Source: an uncultured Candidatus Saccharibacteria bacterium
GTDB taxonomy: Bacteria > Patescibacteriota > Doudnabacteria > UBA920
Assembly: GCA_964617815.1 (NCBI GenBank)
Contig: CAZTXY010000002.1
Coordinates: 39,343 to 103,342 of the forward strand
DNA: 64,000 bases
Direction of reading: 5' to 3'
In this document: positions 1 through 9,800 of the stretch, one piece after another
How positions within the stretch are numbered: position 1 is the first letter of the stretch
Layout: the number at the start of each line of letters is the position of its first letter
Notes under the pieces: model-generated
Database searches by the model: none
The model's input: only the letters and a program-made list of their open reading frames with translations
Told to the model about the DNA's origin: nothing
Translations under genes and position numbers: made by a program

Positions 1-2
1 GC

Positions 3-1037
3 CAAATTATCGTTACCGATATAAACATCAGACTGAAAACTACAAGGCAACGCTGCAAGAGTTAAATAATGTGTCCCTCTGCTAAGCGTGTATTCCTTAG
101 TCTCAATATCATCCTGCGCAGAATATGGCAAAACTTCATCGTTTGGACCAAGCTTAAAAATTGTAAACCTTAACACAATACAACCTTCACCAAGAATACT
201 AACTACGGCTTCATTTTTTAGAACACGTGCACTAATTGCTAGCCGATCGATATCAGCAGGAGTACGAGCACATTGTTGTCCAGGAGAAGGAGGGGGATCA
301 ATGGTCCCAGGTGGTAAAATAATATTTCCTGTCGAACCCTTTTTCGTTCCGCCAGCAACTTCAGAAACCTTTTCTAAAATCGTAGCGCCTTTTACTTCTG
401 AGGTGTCAGATTGAGTGCTAGGCTTCGGTGTAGCAGAAGATCCTGTATCTACAGGGTTTTTTACCTCATTATTTGTATTAACTGGCGCGGCTGCAGGAGT
501 AGGTGCTGGAGTTATTGCTGGAGCTGGAGTATTTTCAATTACTGGAAAAAAGTCATTGCTTCGACACTCTGTGCTAATGCTTCCAGCACTCAAATTAAAA
601 GCTTGCGCTAACATATTTGGCTCTCTGACCCGAATAAACTCCCACTTGCCTGGCTGGATAGGAGGAACACTCCAAATCCCGTTACTGTAAGTACCGCTAC
701 TTACTGTCACTGAGCTATTGTCTACCAAAATTGACCTATCACTAGAAAGCACAACAGTGGTAGGCTTTGAAGCAGTCTCACCTCGATTATAAAGTTTAAA
801 GCGCTCTTCAGTATCTAAATTAAAAGTTTGTCCTAGTTGAGTTCTCACCGGAGCCAAACAAGGATAATAAGGATGGGCTCCTTGGTGATACCCTCCCCAA
901 TCAAGCCCTGTAGCCGTACTCGCTCCAGTAAATAATGACTTTAGCTCATCTTTATATATATAAGCCAAAATTCCAACAATCAAGAGTAAAACCAAGGCTC
1001 CAATACTTACTAAATATATTGTTTTTTTGTTATGCAT
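3..1037 (-). CDS. N-terminally anchored surface/secreted protein, 3' end outside window
   Basis: Not in ORF track; I read 345 stop-free codons from ATG at 1037: MHNKKTIYLVSIGALVLLLIVGILAYIYK (TM/signal), a DUF11-like segment (VTVSSGTYSNGIWSVPPIQPG), and a Pro/Thr/Ala linker. Confidence 0.8.
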   Translation of the reverse strand, partial: MHNKKTIYLVSIGALVLLLIVGILAYIYKDELKSLFTGASTATGLDWGGYHQGAHPYYPCLAPVRTQLGQTFNLDTEERFKLYNRGETASKPTTVVLSSDRSILVDNSSVTVSSGTYSNGIWSVPPIQPGKWEFIRVREPNMLAQAFNLSAGSISTECRSNDFFPVIENTPAPAITPAPTPAAAPVNTNNEVKNPVDTGSSATPKPSTQSDTSEVKGATILEKVSEVAGGTKKGSTGNIILPPGTIDPPPSPGQQCARTPADIDRLAISARVLKNEAVVSILGEGCIVLRFTIFKLGPNDEVLPYSAQDDIETKEYTLSRGTHYLTLAALPCSFQSDVYIGNDNL

Positions 1038-1114
1038 TGAGAATGTTTGTTTCTACAAATTTTCTAACTCTTATTTAATATCAGAATACCATATTTTATC
1101 AAAATAGCCAAATA

Positions 1115-1143
1115 TTGACAGCCCACCACAGCAAGAATACAAT
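1115..1143 (+). promoter_or_regulatory. sigma70-type promoter of ClpP-like gene
   Basis: TTGACA(1115-1120)-17 bp-TACAAT(1138-1143); SD GGAGG at 1169-1173. Confidence 0.75.
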
Positions 1144-1181
1144 TTAGCTTCAACGAGTCAAACCTAGCGGAGGAAAATGCA

Positions 1182-1706
1182 ATGGATATCGACTACGAAC
1201 TCGTGCAGATACACGGAAATATCAACAGCAAAGCAGTCGCGGCAGTAAGCGAGAAGATCCACTGCCTAGAAGTTAATGGAGTCAAGCATGCGACCTTGGA
1301 GATCAACAGTCGCGGAGGGAAAGCCCAGGCAGGATTCGCTCTCTACAACCGAATTGAAGCCAGCACCATCATCTTTCAGGTACTGGTGTTGCAACTTTGC
1401 CGTTCAGCGGCAATGATGCCCCTCCTTTCAGTTCCTGTTGAGAGGCGCTTCTGCTACCCCACATCTCAGTTTATGGACCACCCAGCGAAGCATGAACTCT
1501 CTGGCCTGTGGTCGGTAAAGGAGCTCGAGAGACAAATCTTGCTTACCCGCGCAATCGACGACTTGACTCTCGGCATCTACGAAGCCAACACGGCCTTGTC
1601 CAGAAAACAGGCCTATCAAGTCTTCATCGAGTCGGGAAAGGATGTGCACTTCAACGCGGAGGAAGCCAGAAGCTGGGGCATCATCGGCCACATCACCAGA
1701 CAATAA
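1182..1706 (+). CDS. Divergent ClpP/crotonase-fold serine protease subunit
   Basis: LEINSRGG (cf. INSPGG), CRSAA (Ser), FMDHP (His), KDVHFNAEEARSWGII (Asp, cf. RDxxMsAeEAxxYGLID); visibly GC-richer than flanks. Confidence 0.8.
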   Translation: MDIDYELVQIHGNINSKAVAAVSEKIHCLEVNGVKHATLEINSRGGKAQAGFALYNRIEASTIIFQVLVLQLCRSAAMMPLLSVPVERRFCYPTSQFMDHPAKHELSGLWSVKELERQILLTRAIDDLTLGIYEANTALSRKQAYQVFIESGKDVHFNAEEARSWGIIGHITRQ

Positions 1707-1825
1707 GACAGACCGGCGATTTCAAGACAAACCGCAACAGGCTCAATCGTCGAGATTTCCCGCGGCATAGCTCGAGGGTCAAAGTAACAGTAGTCACAAA
1801 ACAAAGAAGGGACACGGAAGGATCT

Positions 1826-1862
1826 GGACCTCGGCGAATAAAACCGAGGTCCTTTCTATTTT
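1826..1862 (+). terminator. Intrinsic terminator
   Basis: GGACCTCGG/CCGAGGTCC stem followed by TTTCTATTTT. Confidence 0.7.
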
Positions 1863-1899
1863 ACTGACAAGACTTTCTTAAAACGCTATAATAAGGAAC

Positions 1900-2973
1900 A
1901 TGAAAGCTACCTCAACTAAAATTATCTTAGCCATAGAAACCAGTTGCGACGAAACAGCAGCTAGTATTTTGCGTGGAGATATTAAATCCAAAAATCCAAA
2001 TTTTCAATTTTTATCTTCTGTAGTTAAATCACAAATTCAAATTCACAAAAAATCTGGTGGGGTTATTCCTGAAGTTGCGGCACGAAACCATGTAAAAAAT
2101 ATCCTGCCCGTTGTTAGCGCTACCCTAAAGCAAGCCAAACTAAAACTTGCTGATATTGACTACATTGCAGTCACTAGTGGCCCTGGCCTTGTTGTGTCTT
2201 TAATAGTAGGTGTGGAATTTGCAAAAGGACTATCCATGGCTACTGGTACAGCTATGGTCCCAACCAATCACATGGAAGGGCACTTGTATTCGGCATTCGC
2301 CGAATCAATTTCCAATTTCCAATTTCCAATTTCCAAAAAAACACCATTTCCTTTGCTGGCGATGATCGTCAGTGGCGGGCACACTATGTTGGTAGTTATG
2401 AAAGACTATAAACACTATAAAGTCATTGGTTCTACTGTAGATGACGCCGCTGGTGAAGCTTTTGATAAAATAGCCAAGCTCATGGGACTTCCCTATCCTG
2501 GCGGACCAGAGATCAGCAAGCTTGCTGAAAAAGCTATCCCGTCCGCCAGCTGGCGGATTGAATTTCCACGGCCAATGCTCTACCATAAAAATTACGATTT
2601 TTCTTTTTCTGGATTAAAAACTTCTGTGCGTAATTTCATGACAACTAATCCAAAAACAAAAAAAGCTGATGTCGCCCGTGCATTTGAAGATGCAGTAGTC
2701 GACGTGCTCGTAAAAAAAGCTATGCGCGCGGTTGACGAGTATAAATGCAAAACTGTGTCACTCTCTGGAGGTGTTGCGGCCAACAAAAAACTCCGCAACA
2801 CTCTAGCACTAGAATGCGAGGAGCGAAAAATAAAATTTATTGTGCCTGACTTTGAGCTCTGTACTGACAACGCCCAAATGATTGCCCTCGCCGCCTATTT
2901 TAATTTACGCAACGGCTACAAACCCGTTAGCTATAATAAAGTCAAAGCCGATCCAGGCTGGGAAATAGAATAA
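1900..2973 (+). CDS. tsaD: tRNA threonylcarbamoyladenosine transferase TsaD
   Basis: ILAIETSCDETA, GGVIPEVAARNH, NHMEGH, VSGGHT, DDAAGEAFDK, FSFSGLKT, CTDNAQMIA. Confidence 0.97.
   Translation: MKATSTKIILAIETSCDETAASILRGDIKSKNPNFQFLSSVVKSQIQIHKKSGGVIPEVAARNHVKNILPVVSATLKQAKLKLADIDYIAVTSGPGLVVSLIVGVEFAKGLSMATGTAMVPTNHMEGHLYSAFAESISNFQFPISKKTPFPLLAMIVSGGHTMLVVMKDYKHYKVIGSTVDDAAGEAFDKIAKLMGLPYPGGPEISKLAEKAIPSASWRIEFPRPMLYHKNYDFSFSGLKTSVRNFMTTNPKTKKADVARAFEDAVVDVLVKKAMRAVDEYKCKTVSLSGGVAANKKLRNTLALECEERKIKFIVPDFELCTDNAQMIALAAYFNLRNGYKPVSYNKVKADPGWEIE
2306..2336 (+). repeat. Perfect (CAATTTC)x4 heptamer tandem repeat inside tsaD
   Basis: Read directly; encodes ISNFQFPISK. Confidence 0.9.
2542..2557. 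repeat. TCCGCCAGCTGGCGGA palindrome inside tsaD
   Basis: Perfect 16-bp palindrome; related copies at 3148-3167 and 30051-30065. Confidence 0.75.
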
Positions 2974-3019
2974 ATCCCCTGTACAAAAAGCTCAGTTTTA
3001 ACTATAATATAAGCACATT

Positions 3020-3199
3020 TAAAAGCCTTTGCTGTGGCTGTCACCATAGCTGTCGAAGGACAAGGCGCGGGAAGAATTTATAGTAGACCCCGACGGACGC
3101 TGGCCGTTACTCAGCAAAGATTAAGCACCACGAGCGTTGGTACCTCGCATCCGCCAGCCGGCGGATGAGACCTCGGCATTAGTGCTTTTTTATTTTTTA
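3020..3199 (+). ncRNA. T-box riboswitch (Val) upstream of valS
   Basis: Short stem I GCTGTGG/CCATAGC with GTC in the loop (3040-3042); stem II with GAA...AGTA; IIA/IIB pseudoknot ACGG/CCGT and GCTG/CAGC; TGGTACC at 3138-3144; U-tract at 3186; TATAAT at 3003-3008. Confidence 0.8.
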
Positions 3200-3208
3200 T
3201 CACCCACC

Positions 3209-3269
3209 ACTGTCATTCTGAGTGGAACGAAGAATCTCTGAGATCCTTCACTCCGTTCAGGATGACAGT
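3209..3269. repeat. REP-like imperfect palindromic element
   Basis: ACTGTCATTCTGAGTGGAACGAAGAATCTC-T-GAGATCCTTCACTCCGTTCAGGATGACAGT folds into a long hairpin; resembles the GTCATTCTGAG...CAGGATGAC dispersed repeat type. Confidence 0.7.
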
Positions 3270-3283
3270 ACGAAAATAACTAT

Positions 3284-5479
3284 ATGTCTATAGAATTAGA
3301 AAAATCCTACGACGCATTTAGCGTAGAAAATAAAATTTATCAAACTTGGCTTGACTCTGGTTATTTTAACCCTGACAATTTAAAAGGGACTCCATACACG
3401 ATTGTGCTTCCCCCACCAAATGTCACTGGCACTCTGCATATTGGTCACGCGCTCATGCTCGTGGTTGAAGACATTCTCATTCGTTATAAACGCATGAATG
3501 GATTTAAAACGCTCTGGTTGCCTGGCACAGACCACGCCGCTATTGCCACACAATCTAAAGTTGAAAAGATTCTTGAAAAAGAAGGTACAAGAAAACACGA
3601 AATTGGCCGTGATGAATTTCTGACACGCGTCGATAAGTTCGCACAGGAAAGCCATGATACAATTGTCGGCCAAGTCAAAGCTATGGGATCTTCGGTTGAC
3701 TGGAGTCGTGAAGCTTACACCCTCGACGAAACTCGGAGCAAAACTGTGCGCTCAGCTTTTAAAATTATGTACGACGCTGGTCTGATTTATCGTGGCTACA
3801 GAGTTATTAACTGGGACCCCAAAGGTCAGACAACTATTTCCGACGATGAAATTGTTCACGAAGAACGTAAAGCACAAATGTACACTTTCAAGTACAGCAA
3901 AGACTTCCCTATCGCTATCTCTACCACTCGTCCCGAAACCAAAGTTGGCGACACCGCAGTTGCTGTTCATCCAGAAGACGATCGCTACAAACAATTCATC
4001 GGCCAAGAGTTTAATACCGTGTTTTGTGGTGTGCCAATTCATATCAAAGTTATAGCAGACGAGAGCGTCGAAAAAGACTTTGGAACTGGTGCGCTTGGTG
4101 TTACCCCAGCCCACTCGATGATTGACTATGAAATTGCTCAGCGTCATGACTTACCAATGAAACAAGTCATCAACGAATACGCCAAGATGATGGTTGATGG
4201 TGAACTCAATGGCAAAAAAACTACCGAGGCACGCGCTTTAATAGTTGAATGGTTAAAAACCGAAGGCCTTCTAGAAAAAGAAGAAGAGATCACTCAAAAT
4301 ATTTCTACTGCAGAACGCACTGGCGGTATTATCGAACCACTTCCTAAACTTCAATGGTTTATTGATGTCAACAAAGAATTTCCGATGCCTCACTCTGAGA
4401 TTGACGGCATCCCCACTGGCCAATTTACCTCACTAAAAAAGTTAATGCGCCAGGTCATAGACAGCAAGCAAATTAAAATCACTCCTCAAACTTACGAAAA
4501 AACTTACTTCCACTGGACCAATAATTTAAGAGATTGGTGCATTAGTCGGCAAATTTGGTTTGGCCACAGAATTCCTGTTTGGTATAAAGGTGAAGAGATT
4601 TATTGCGGAGTAGAAGCTCCGGATGGAGAAGAATGGACACAAGACGAAGATACTCTCGACACCTGGTTTTCTTCAGGACTGTGGACTTTTTCCACGCTGG
4701 CCAATTCACCTAAGCAAGTTAGTATTGACAATGGTCGAATTAAAATTGACTCTGAAGACTTTAAAACCTTTCACCCTACCGACGTTCTCGAAACAGGCTA
4801 CGACATTCTGTTTTTTTGGGTCGCTCGTATGATTTTGATGACCACCTATCACATTGGCCAAGTTCCATTTAAAAATGTTTACTTGCATGGCCTCGTTCGC
4901 GATGCTAACAAAAAGAAAATGAGTAAGTCACTCGGAAACGTAATCGACCCGCTCGACATGATTACCAAATACGGGACTGATGCTGTTCGCTTTGCCCTCA
5001 TCTTCAACACCGCACCTGGCACAGACATGGCTTTAGCTGAAGACAAGATTAAAGGCATGAAGCACTTTGCCAATAAGCTATGGAATATAGCGAGATACGT
5101 CTTGGCAAACTCTGAATTAGGAATTACGAATCAAGAATTAAGAAAACCAGAACCACATACAGATGCGGATAAGGAAATCTTAAATAAACTTGAGACAGTA
5201 ACTAAAGAAGCCACTGAACACATCGAAAAATTCAGACTGCATGAAGCGGCTCAAGGTCTATATCAATTTACTTGGCATGAATTGGCTGATGTCTATATTG
5301 AAGCGAGTAAAACCCAGTTGCAAAATGAGACAATGAAAGAAAACACTCAAGCCATACTTCTCTATTCCTTATTCACAATCCTAAAACTACTACATCCTTT
5401 CATGCCATTTATCACTGAAGAGATTTGGTCACAGCTAGATCAGAAAAGGCTTCTTCTAGTCACCCCTTGGCCAAAGTAA
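3284..5479 (+). CDS. valS: Valine--tRNA ligase (no C-terminal coiled coil)
   Basis: PPPNVTGTLHIGH, GTDHAAIATQ, DWCISRQIWFGHRIP, KMSKS. Confidence 0.97.
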   Translation: MSIELEKSYDAFSVENKIYQTWLDSGYFNPDNLKGTPYTIVLPPPNVTGTLHIGHALMLVVEDILIRYKRMNGFKTLWLPGTDHAAIATQSKVEKILEKEGTRKHEIGRDEFLTRVDKFAQESHDTIVGQVKAMGSSVDWSREAYTLDETRSKTVRSAFKIMYDAGLIYRGYRVINWDPKGQTTISDDEIVHEERKAQMYTFKYSKDFPIAISTTRPETKVGDTAVAVHPEDDRYKQFIGQEFNTVFCGVPIHIKVIADESVEKDFGTGALGVTPAHSMIDYEIAQRHDLPMKQVINEYAKMMVDGELNGKKTTEARALIVEWLKTEGLLEKEEEITQNISTAERTGGIIEPLPKLQWFIDVNKEFPMPHSEIDGIPTGQFTSLKKLMRQVIDSKQIKITPQTYEKTYFHWTNNLRDWCISRQIWFGHRIPVWYKGEEIYCGVEAPDGEEWTQDEDTLDTWFSSGLWTFSTLANSPKQVSIDNGRIKIDSEDFKTFHPTDVLETGYDILFFWVARMILMTTYHIGQVPFKNVYLHGLVRDANKKKMSKSLGNVIDPLDMITKYGTDAVRFALIFNTAPGTDMALAEDKIKGMKHFANKLWNIARYVLANSELGITNQELRKPEPHTDADKEILNKLETVTKEATEHIEKFRLHEAAQGLYQFTWHELADVYIEASKTQLQNETMKENTQAILLYSLFTILKLLHPFMPFITEEIWSQLDQKRLLLVTPWPK

Positions 5480-5549
5480 AACTCGTGCTATACTCTAAGT
5501 ACTAATTCAGTCTGCCTTTGGTAGACATTAACCAATAAGGATAAACACT

Positions 5550-6083
5550 ATGGACGAACAAAACAACCAATCGTCACAGCACTCACAAACTCCAACTCCA
5601 GTTGCGCAAGGCGCTGGCAATGGCCAATCACACCACAGTGGTGGCTCACCCTTAGAGCAACTCGAAAGCTGGTTTGACCTATACTTAGGTCAAAAAGCTC
5701 CTCAGCTACCTGAAAATATCCGGGAAACTCTGGTTAAAATTGCCCCATATGTCACCATTGTAGTGATGTTAATTGCCATCCCTCTTTTGCTATTAGCGCT
5801 TTCTGCACTTGGAATAGTTGCAGTAGCCAGCCCAGTGATAGCATCATACACTTACTTTGGCCCATTATTCTGGGTCTCAATTCTTGTTTTGTTGGCCAGC
5901 TTAGTCCTTGAAGCTATGGCTATCCCAGGACTGTTCAAGCGAAGCATTAAAGCTTGGAGACTCCTTTACTGGGCCAGCTTGCTCGCAGGCGTCAGCAATA
6001 TTATAGGGTTTAATATTGGTAGCCTGATTGGTACAGTCATTGGTCTATATATTCTCTTCCAAGTCAAAAAACTTTACCGCTAA
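5550..6083 (+). CDS. Hypothetical membrane protein (3-4 TM)
   Basis: Q/S-rich N-terminus then hydrophobic helices; AAGGA upstream; terminator downstream. Confidence 0.75.
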   Translation: MDEQNNQSSQHSQTPTPVAQGAGNGQSHHSGGSPLEQLESWFDLYLGQKAPQLPENIRETLVKIAPYVTIVVMLIAIPLLLLALSALGIVAVASPVIASYTYFGPLFWVSILVLLASLVLEAMAIPGLFKRSIKAWRLLYWASLLAGVSNIIGFNIGSLIGTVIGLYILFQVKKLYR

Positions 6084-6090
6084 TTTCAAT

Positions 6091-6124
6091 TTAAAAAACC
6101 CCGCCTGCTGGCGGGGTTTTTTAA
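6091..6124. terminator. Bidirectional intrinsic terminator
   Basis: TTAAAAAACCCCGCC-TGCT-GGCGGGGTTTTTTAA between convergent genes. Confidence 0.85.
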
Positions 6125-6132
6125 ATTCTACT

Positions 6133-6720
6133 TTAATATCCTGCGCATGGGCCAGTGTGCAAATTAAGGGTAGTGCAAAGTTGTCCTAATAAATCCTCAG
6201 ACTCACCCGAATCTTGATACCCTGGTTGGTTTGGATTTATTGATCCACCACCACCCCCATTTCCACCACAAAACAATTTATGAGCGGCAAAAAGAATATT
6301 CCTCCAATAAACTTGGTCTTCAATATCATCCCCTGCTGTATTATTAATTAGAGTCTGTTGATGTGCTCCAGCTTGATCTAAATCACTGCAAAATTGTGAG
6401 TTTAAACCTCCGCACAACTGAATAAATGAAGCGATGCCTTGCCCTAAGGCATCTGCCATGTTAGGATCATTTAATGCCTGATTAAGTGCTTGCTCTAATG
6501 CCGCACAACCAGCAGGCCCCTGACCATTTGCAGTCACAGTCCCTCCATTATAGATTGGTCTGCTGTTAATAGGAGTGCTAATCTGACTTTGGGTAGCCAC
6601 CACCGGTCTTTTTGCCGCAAAAGTCTGCAATCCGTTTATTCTACTACCAAAAGTGGCAAGAACAGACAGCAATAATGCAGCTATTGTTATTGTCCATAGT
6701 AATATATCTTTTTGTTTCAT
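6133..6720 (-). CDS. Cys-containing secreted/anchored hypothetical protein
   Basis: Start moved to MKQKDILLWTITIAALLLSVLA (signal-like); six Cys; Gly linker. Confidence 0.7.
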   Translation of the reverse strand: MKQKDILLWTITIAALLLSVLATFGSRINGLQTFAAKRPVVATQSQISTPINSRPIYNGGTVTANGQGPAGCAALEQALNQALNDPNMADALGQGIASFIQLCGGLNSQFCSDLDQAGAHQQTLINNTAGDDIEDQVYWRNILFAAHKLFCGGNGGGGGSINPNQPGYQDSGESEDLLGQLCTTLNLHTGPCAGY

Positions 6721-6789
6721 TTCTTTTGTATAAATAATCTTAAGTTCATTATACCTTAAAAATCCCAAATCCCAAAAAGTTATACCCAT

Positions 6790-6833
6790 AATAAAACCAC
6801 TCTAATACACTAGTGTATTAGAGTGGTTTTATT
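6790..6833 (-). terminator. Perfect 44-bp palindrome, probable rpoC terminator
   Basis: AATAAAACCACTCTAATACACT/AGTGTATTAGAGTGGTTTTATT just after rpoC stop. Confidence 0.75.
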
Positions 6834-6839
6834 TTCTAC

Positions 6840-9800
6840 TTATTCAGCCAATGCTTCTGGAACTATGTCAGCAACCGGCGCGGCTTCCATTTCCGCATCA
6901 CCACCAGCGCCAATGTTAGCAGCCAAAGTTGCCGCATCTAATATTTCCTGTGCAGCTGCTGGGTTAAAGCCAGTTCCTGCTGGAATCAATTTTCCAATAA
7001 TCACATTTTCTTTCAATCCACGCAAGTAATCGGTTTTACCGGTCACAGCAGCTTCAATCAAGACGCGAGTAGTTTCTTGGAAAGATGCCGCAGCTAAGAA
7101 TGAATCGGTATTCAAAGAAATTTTGGTAATACCCATAAGCAGTTGCTCTGCTTTAGCAGGCTGTTTGCCGTTTTTAACTAAGTGTTCGTTAATTTCATCA
7201 AAGCGAGCTTTGTCGGCCATATCGCTGGTAATAAAGTCGCTGTCTCCACTATCAATAACGCGAACCTTACCAAACATTTGGCGAACAATAACTTCAACGT
7301 GTTTATCGTGAATATCCTGCCCTTGAGAGACATAAATATCTTGAACTTCTTTAACTACATATTTTTGCGCAGCTTCTGTACCCTGAAGTTCCATAATCTG
7401 AGAAGGATTTAAGTTACCTTCTGTGAGCGGTTGGCCTTTAGTAACCAAATCGCCTTCTTTAACTAGAAGAGAGAAGCTACCAGGGATGCTATATTCTTTA
7501 AGCTCATCACTTTCATGAACAACAACCAAACTATTTTTATCAATTCGGACAATTCCCACATTTTCTGCTTTGATAGTTTTACCAGTTTCATCCACAAATA
7601 ATGAGTCACCATTTTCAGCATGTGCGCCATTTTTTACAAATGGTTGGGAGCCAGTTGGCATAGTGTACATATCTTTTTTAACATCTGCTCCAGAAATTAC
7701 CACAACCTGCTCTTTACTGCTTACTGAAGTAATAGAAACCTGACCATCAATCTCAGCTACTGTAGCTTGTCCTTTTGGTTCACGAACTTCAAACAATTCT
7801 TCAACGCGAGGAAGTCCTTGAGTAATATCTTTTACCGAAGCCGAACCACCAGTATGAAAAGTACGCATAGTCAACTGGGTTCCAGGCTCACCGATAGCTT
7901 GTGCGGCCACAATTCCAACCGCAGCTCCAAGCTCAACCATTTTGTTAAACCCAAGGTCATAACCGTAACAGACACGGCAAATTCCACGAGTCAATTTACA
8001 CTTCAATACACTGCGACATTTGACTTCACTGGTTTCGCTGTCAGCAATTATTTTTGCTTGTTCATCGTCGATACCATTGTTGCGAGCGACTATCAAATTA
8101 CCTTCTTTATCTTTAATATCTTCTGCGGCCACGCGACCAAAAAGTCTACGGTCAAAAGCTTTGTTCATGGCATCACTCTCAACTCGAGAAATAATGTCGA
8201 AGCTCTCAGTTCCACAGTCTTCAGCGTTTACAACCACATCCTGAGCAACGTCAACTAAACGACGAGTCAAGTATCCAGCATCAGCTGTACGAAGAGCGGT
8301 GTCAGACATACCTTTTCGAGAACCGTGAGTGGAAATAAAATATTCCAAAACACCAAGTCCTTCTTTAAAACTACCGCGGCAAGGAAGTTCAATAACATCA
8401 CCAGCAGGGTTAACCACGAGTCCTTTCATTCCAGCCATTTGGTTAATCTGAGAGAAAGAACCACGAGCACCAGAACTTACCATATAGTTTACTGTACTAT
8501 GGTCTTCAACTGTACCCACAACGGCTTTCGCAATTTTTTCAGATGCACCAGCCCAAATTTCAATTACACGGCCATAGCGTTCGTCTTCAGTAAGTAGACC
8601 TTCGCGATGTTGCTCGTAAGAAGCTTGCACTTCTTCGTCCGCAGTTTTCAAAATATCATATTTATTATCAGGAACGCGCAGGTCATCCATTCCCCAGGAA
8701 AGACCAGACTTTTTCATGTACGTAAATCCTGTGCGCTTGATTTCATCAATCAGTTCAGCAGTTTTTTCATTACCAAACATGCGATAAGCTTCGCGAACTA
8801 AAGCCTGCAAACGTTTTTTATCAAAGGCCTCATTGCGATAACCTAATTCCGGAGGAACAATTTTGTTAAAAATCAAACGTCCAACGGAAGTTTCAACTAT
8901 TTCACCATTGTCGAATCTTACTTTAATCCGAGCCTGAACATGAACATAGCCATTGTTATAAGCCATGAGGGCTTCGGAAGAATCAGCAAAAATTTTGCCT
9001 TCACCCTTTAAGCCTTCGCGCATCTTTGTAATGTAGAAACAGCCTACCACAACGTCCTTGTCAGGAGTCATCACTGGGTTTCCGGAAGCAGGCTTCAACA
9101 AATTGTGAGCAGAAACCATAATCTCGCGCGCCTCTTTTTGTGCCGCTTCTGTTAGAGGAACATGAACAGCCATTTGGTCACCATCAAAGTCAGCATTAAA
9201 AGCCGCACAGACCATAGGGTGAAGCTGAATAGCTTTACCTTCAATAAGTACTGGCTGAAAAGCTTGGAAACCAAGTCTATGCAAAGTTGGAGCACGGTTA
9301 AGAAGAACGTAGTGATCTTTAGTAACTTCTTCTAAAATATCGTAAACTTCAGTACGAGCTTGTTCGATAAGGCGGTTAGCACTGCGAACATTATGAGCAT
9401 ATTCACGAGCAATAAGTTTGGAAATAACGAAAGGTTTAAATAATTCCAAAGCCATTAATTTTGGCAAACCACATTGATGCAGTTTCAAGTGTGGTCCTAC
9501 AACAATAACTGAGCGACCACTGTAGTCGACACGCTTTCCAAGCAAGTTCTGACGAAAACGTCCCTGTTTTCCTTTAAGCATGTCTGCTAAACTACGAAGC
9601 TTTCGCTTTTGTCCAGTAGAAGCAGTAACTTCTTTGCCGTGACGAACGGAGTTGTCGATAAGTGCATCCACCGCTTCTTGCAACATACGCTTTTCGTTTC
9701 GAGTTATAACCTCTGGAGACTTAATTTCCAAAAGTTTTTTCAGGCGATTGTTACGGTTAATAACACGTCGATATAAATCATTTAAATCGCTCGCTGCAAA

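Noticed and set aside
88-690. Three plus-strand ORFs in the track
   Set aside because: Antisense shadows of the stop-free minus-strand gene 3-1037
2306-2336. Heptamer arrays as possible CRISPR or diversity-generating repeats
   Set aside because: No spacers, cas genes, reverse transcriptase or template/variable repeat pair in the window
5300-5479. ValS shorter than usual, possible pseudogene
   Set aside because: Catalytic and anticodon-binding regions are intact and the gene ends cleanly; only the C-terminal coiled coil is missing
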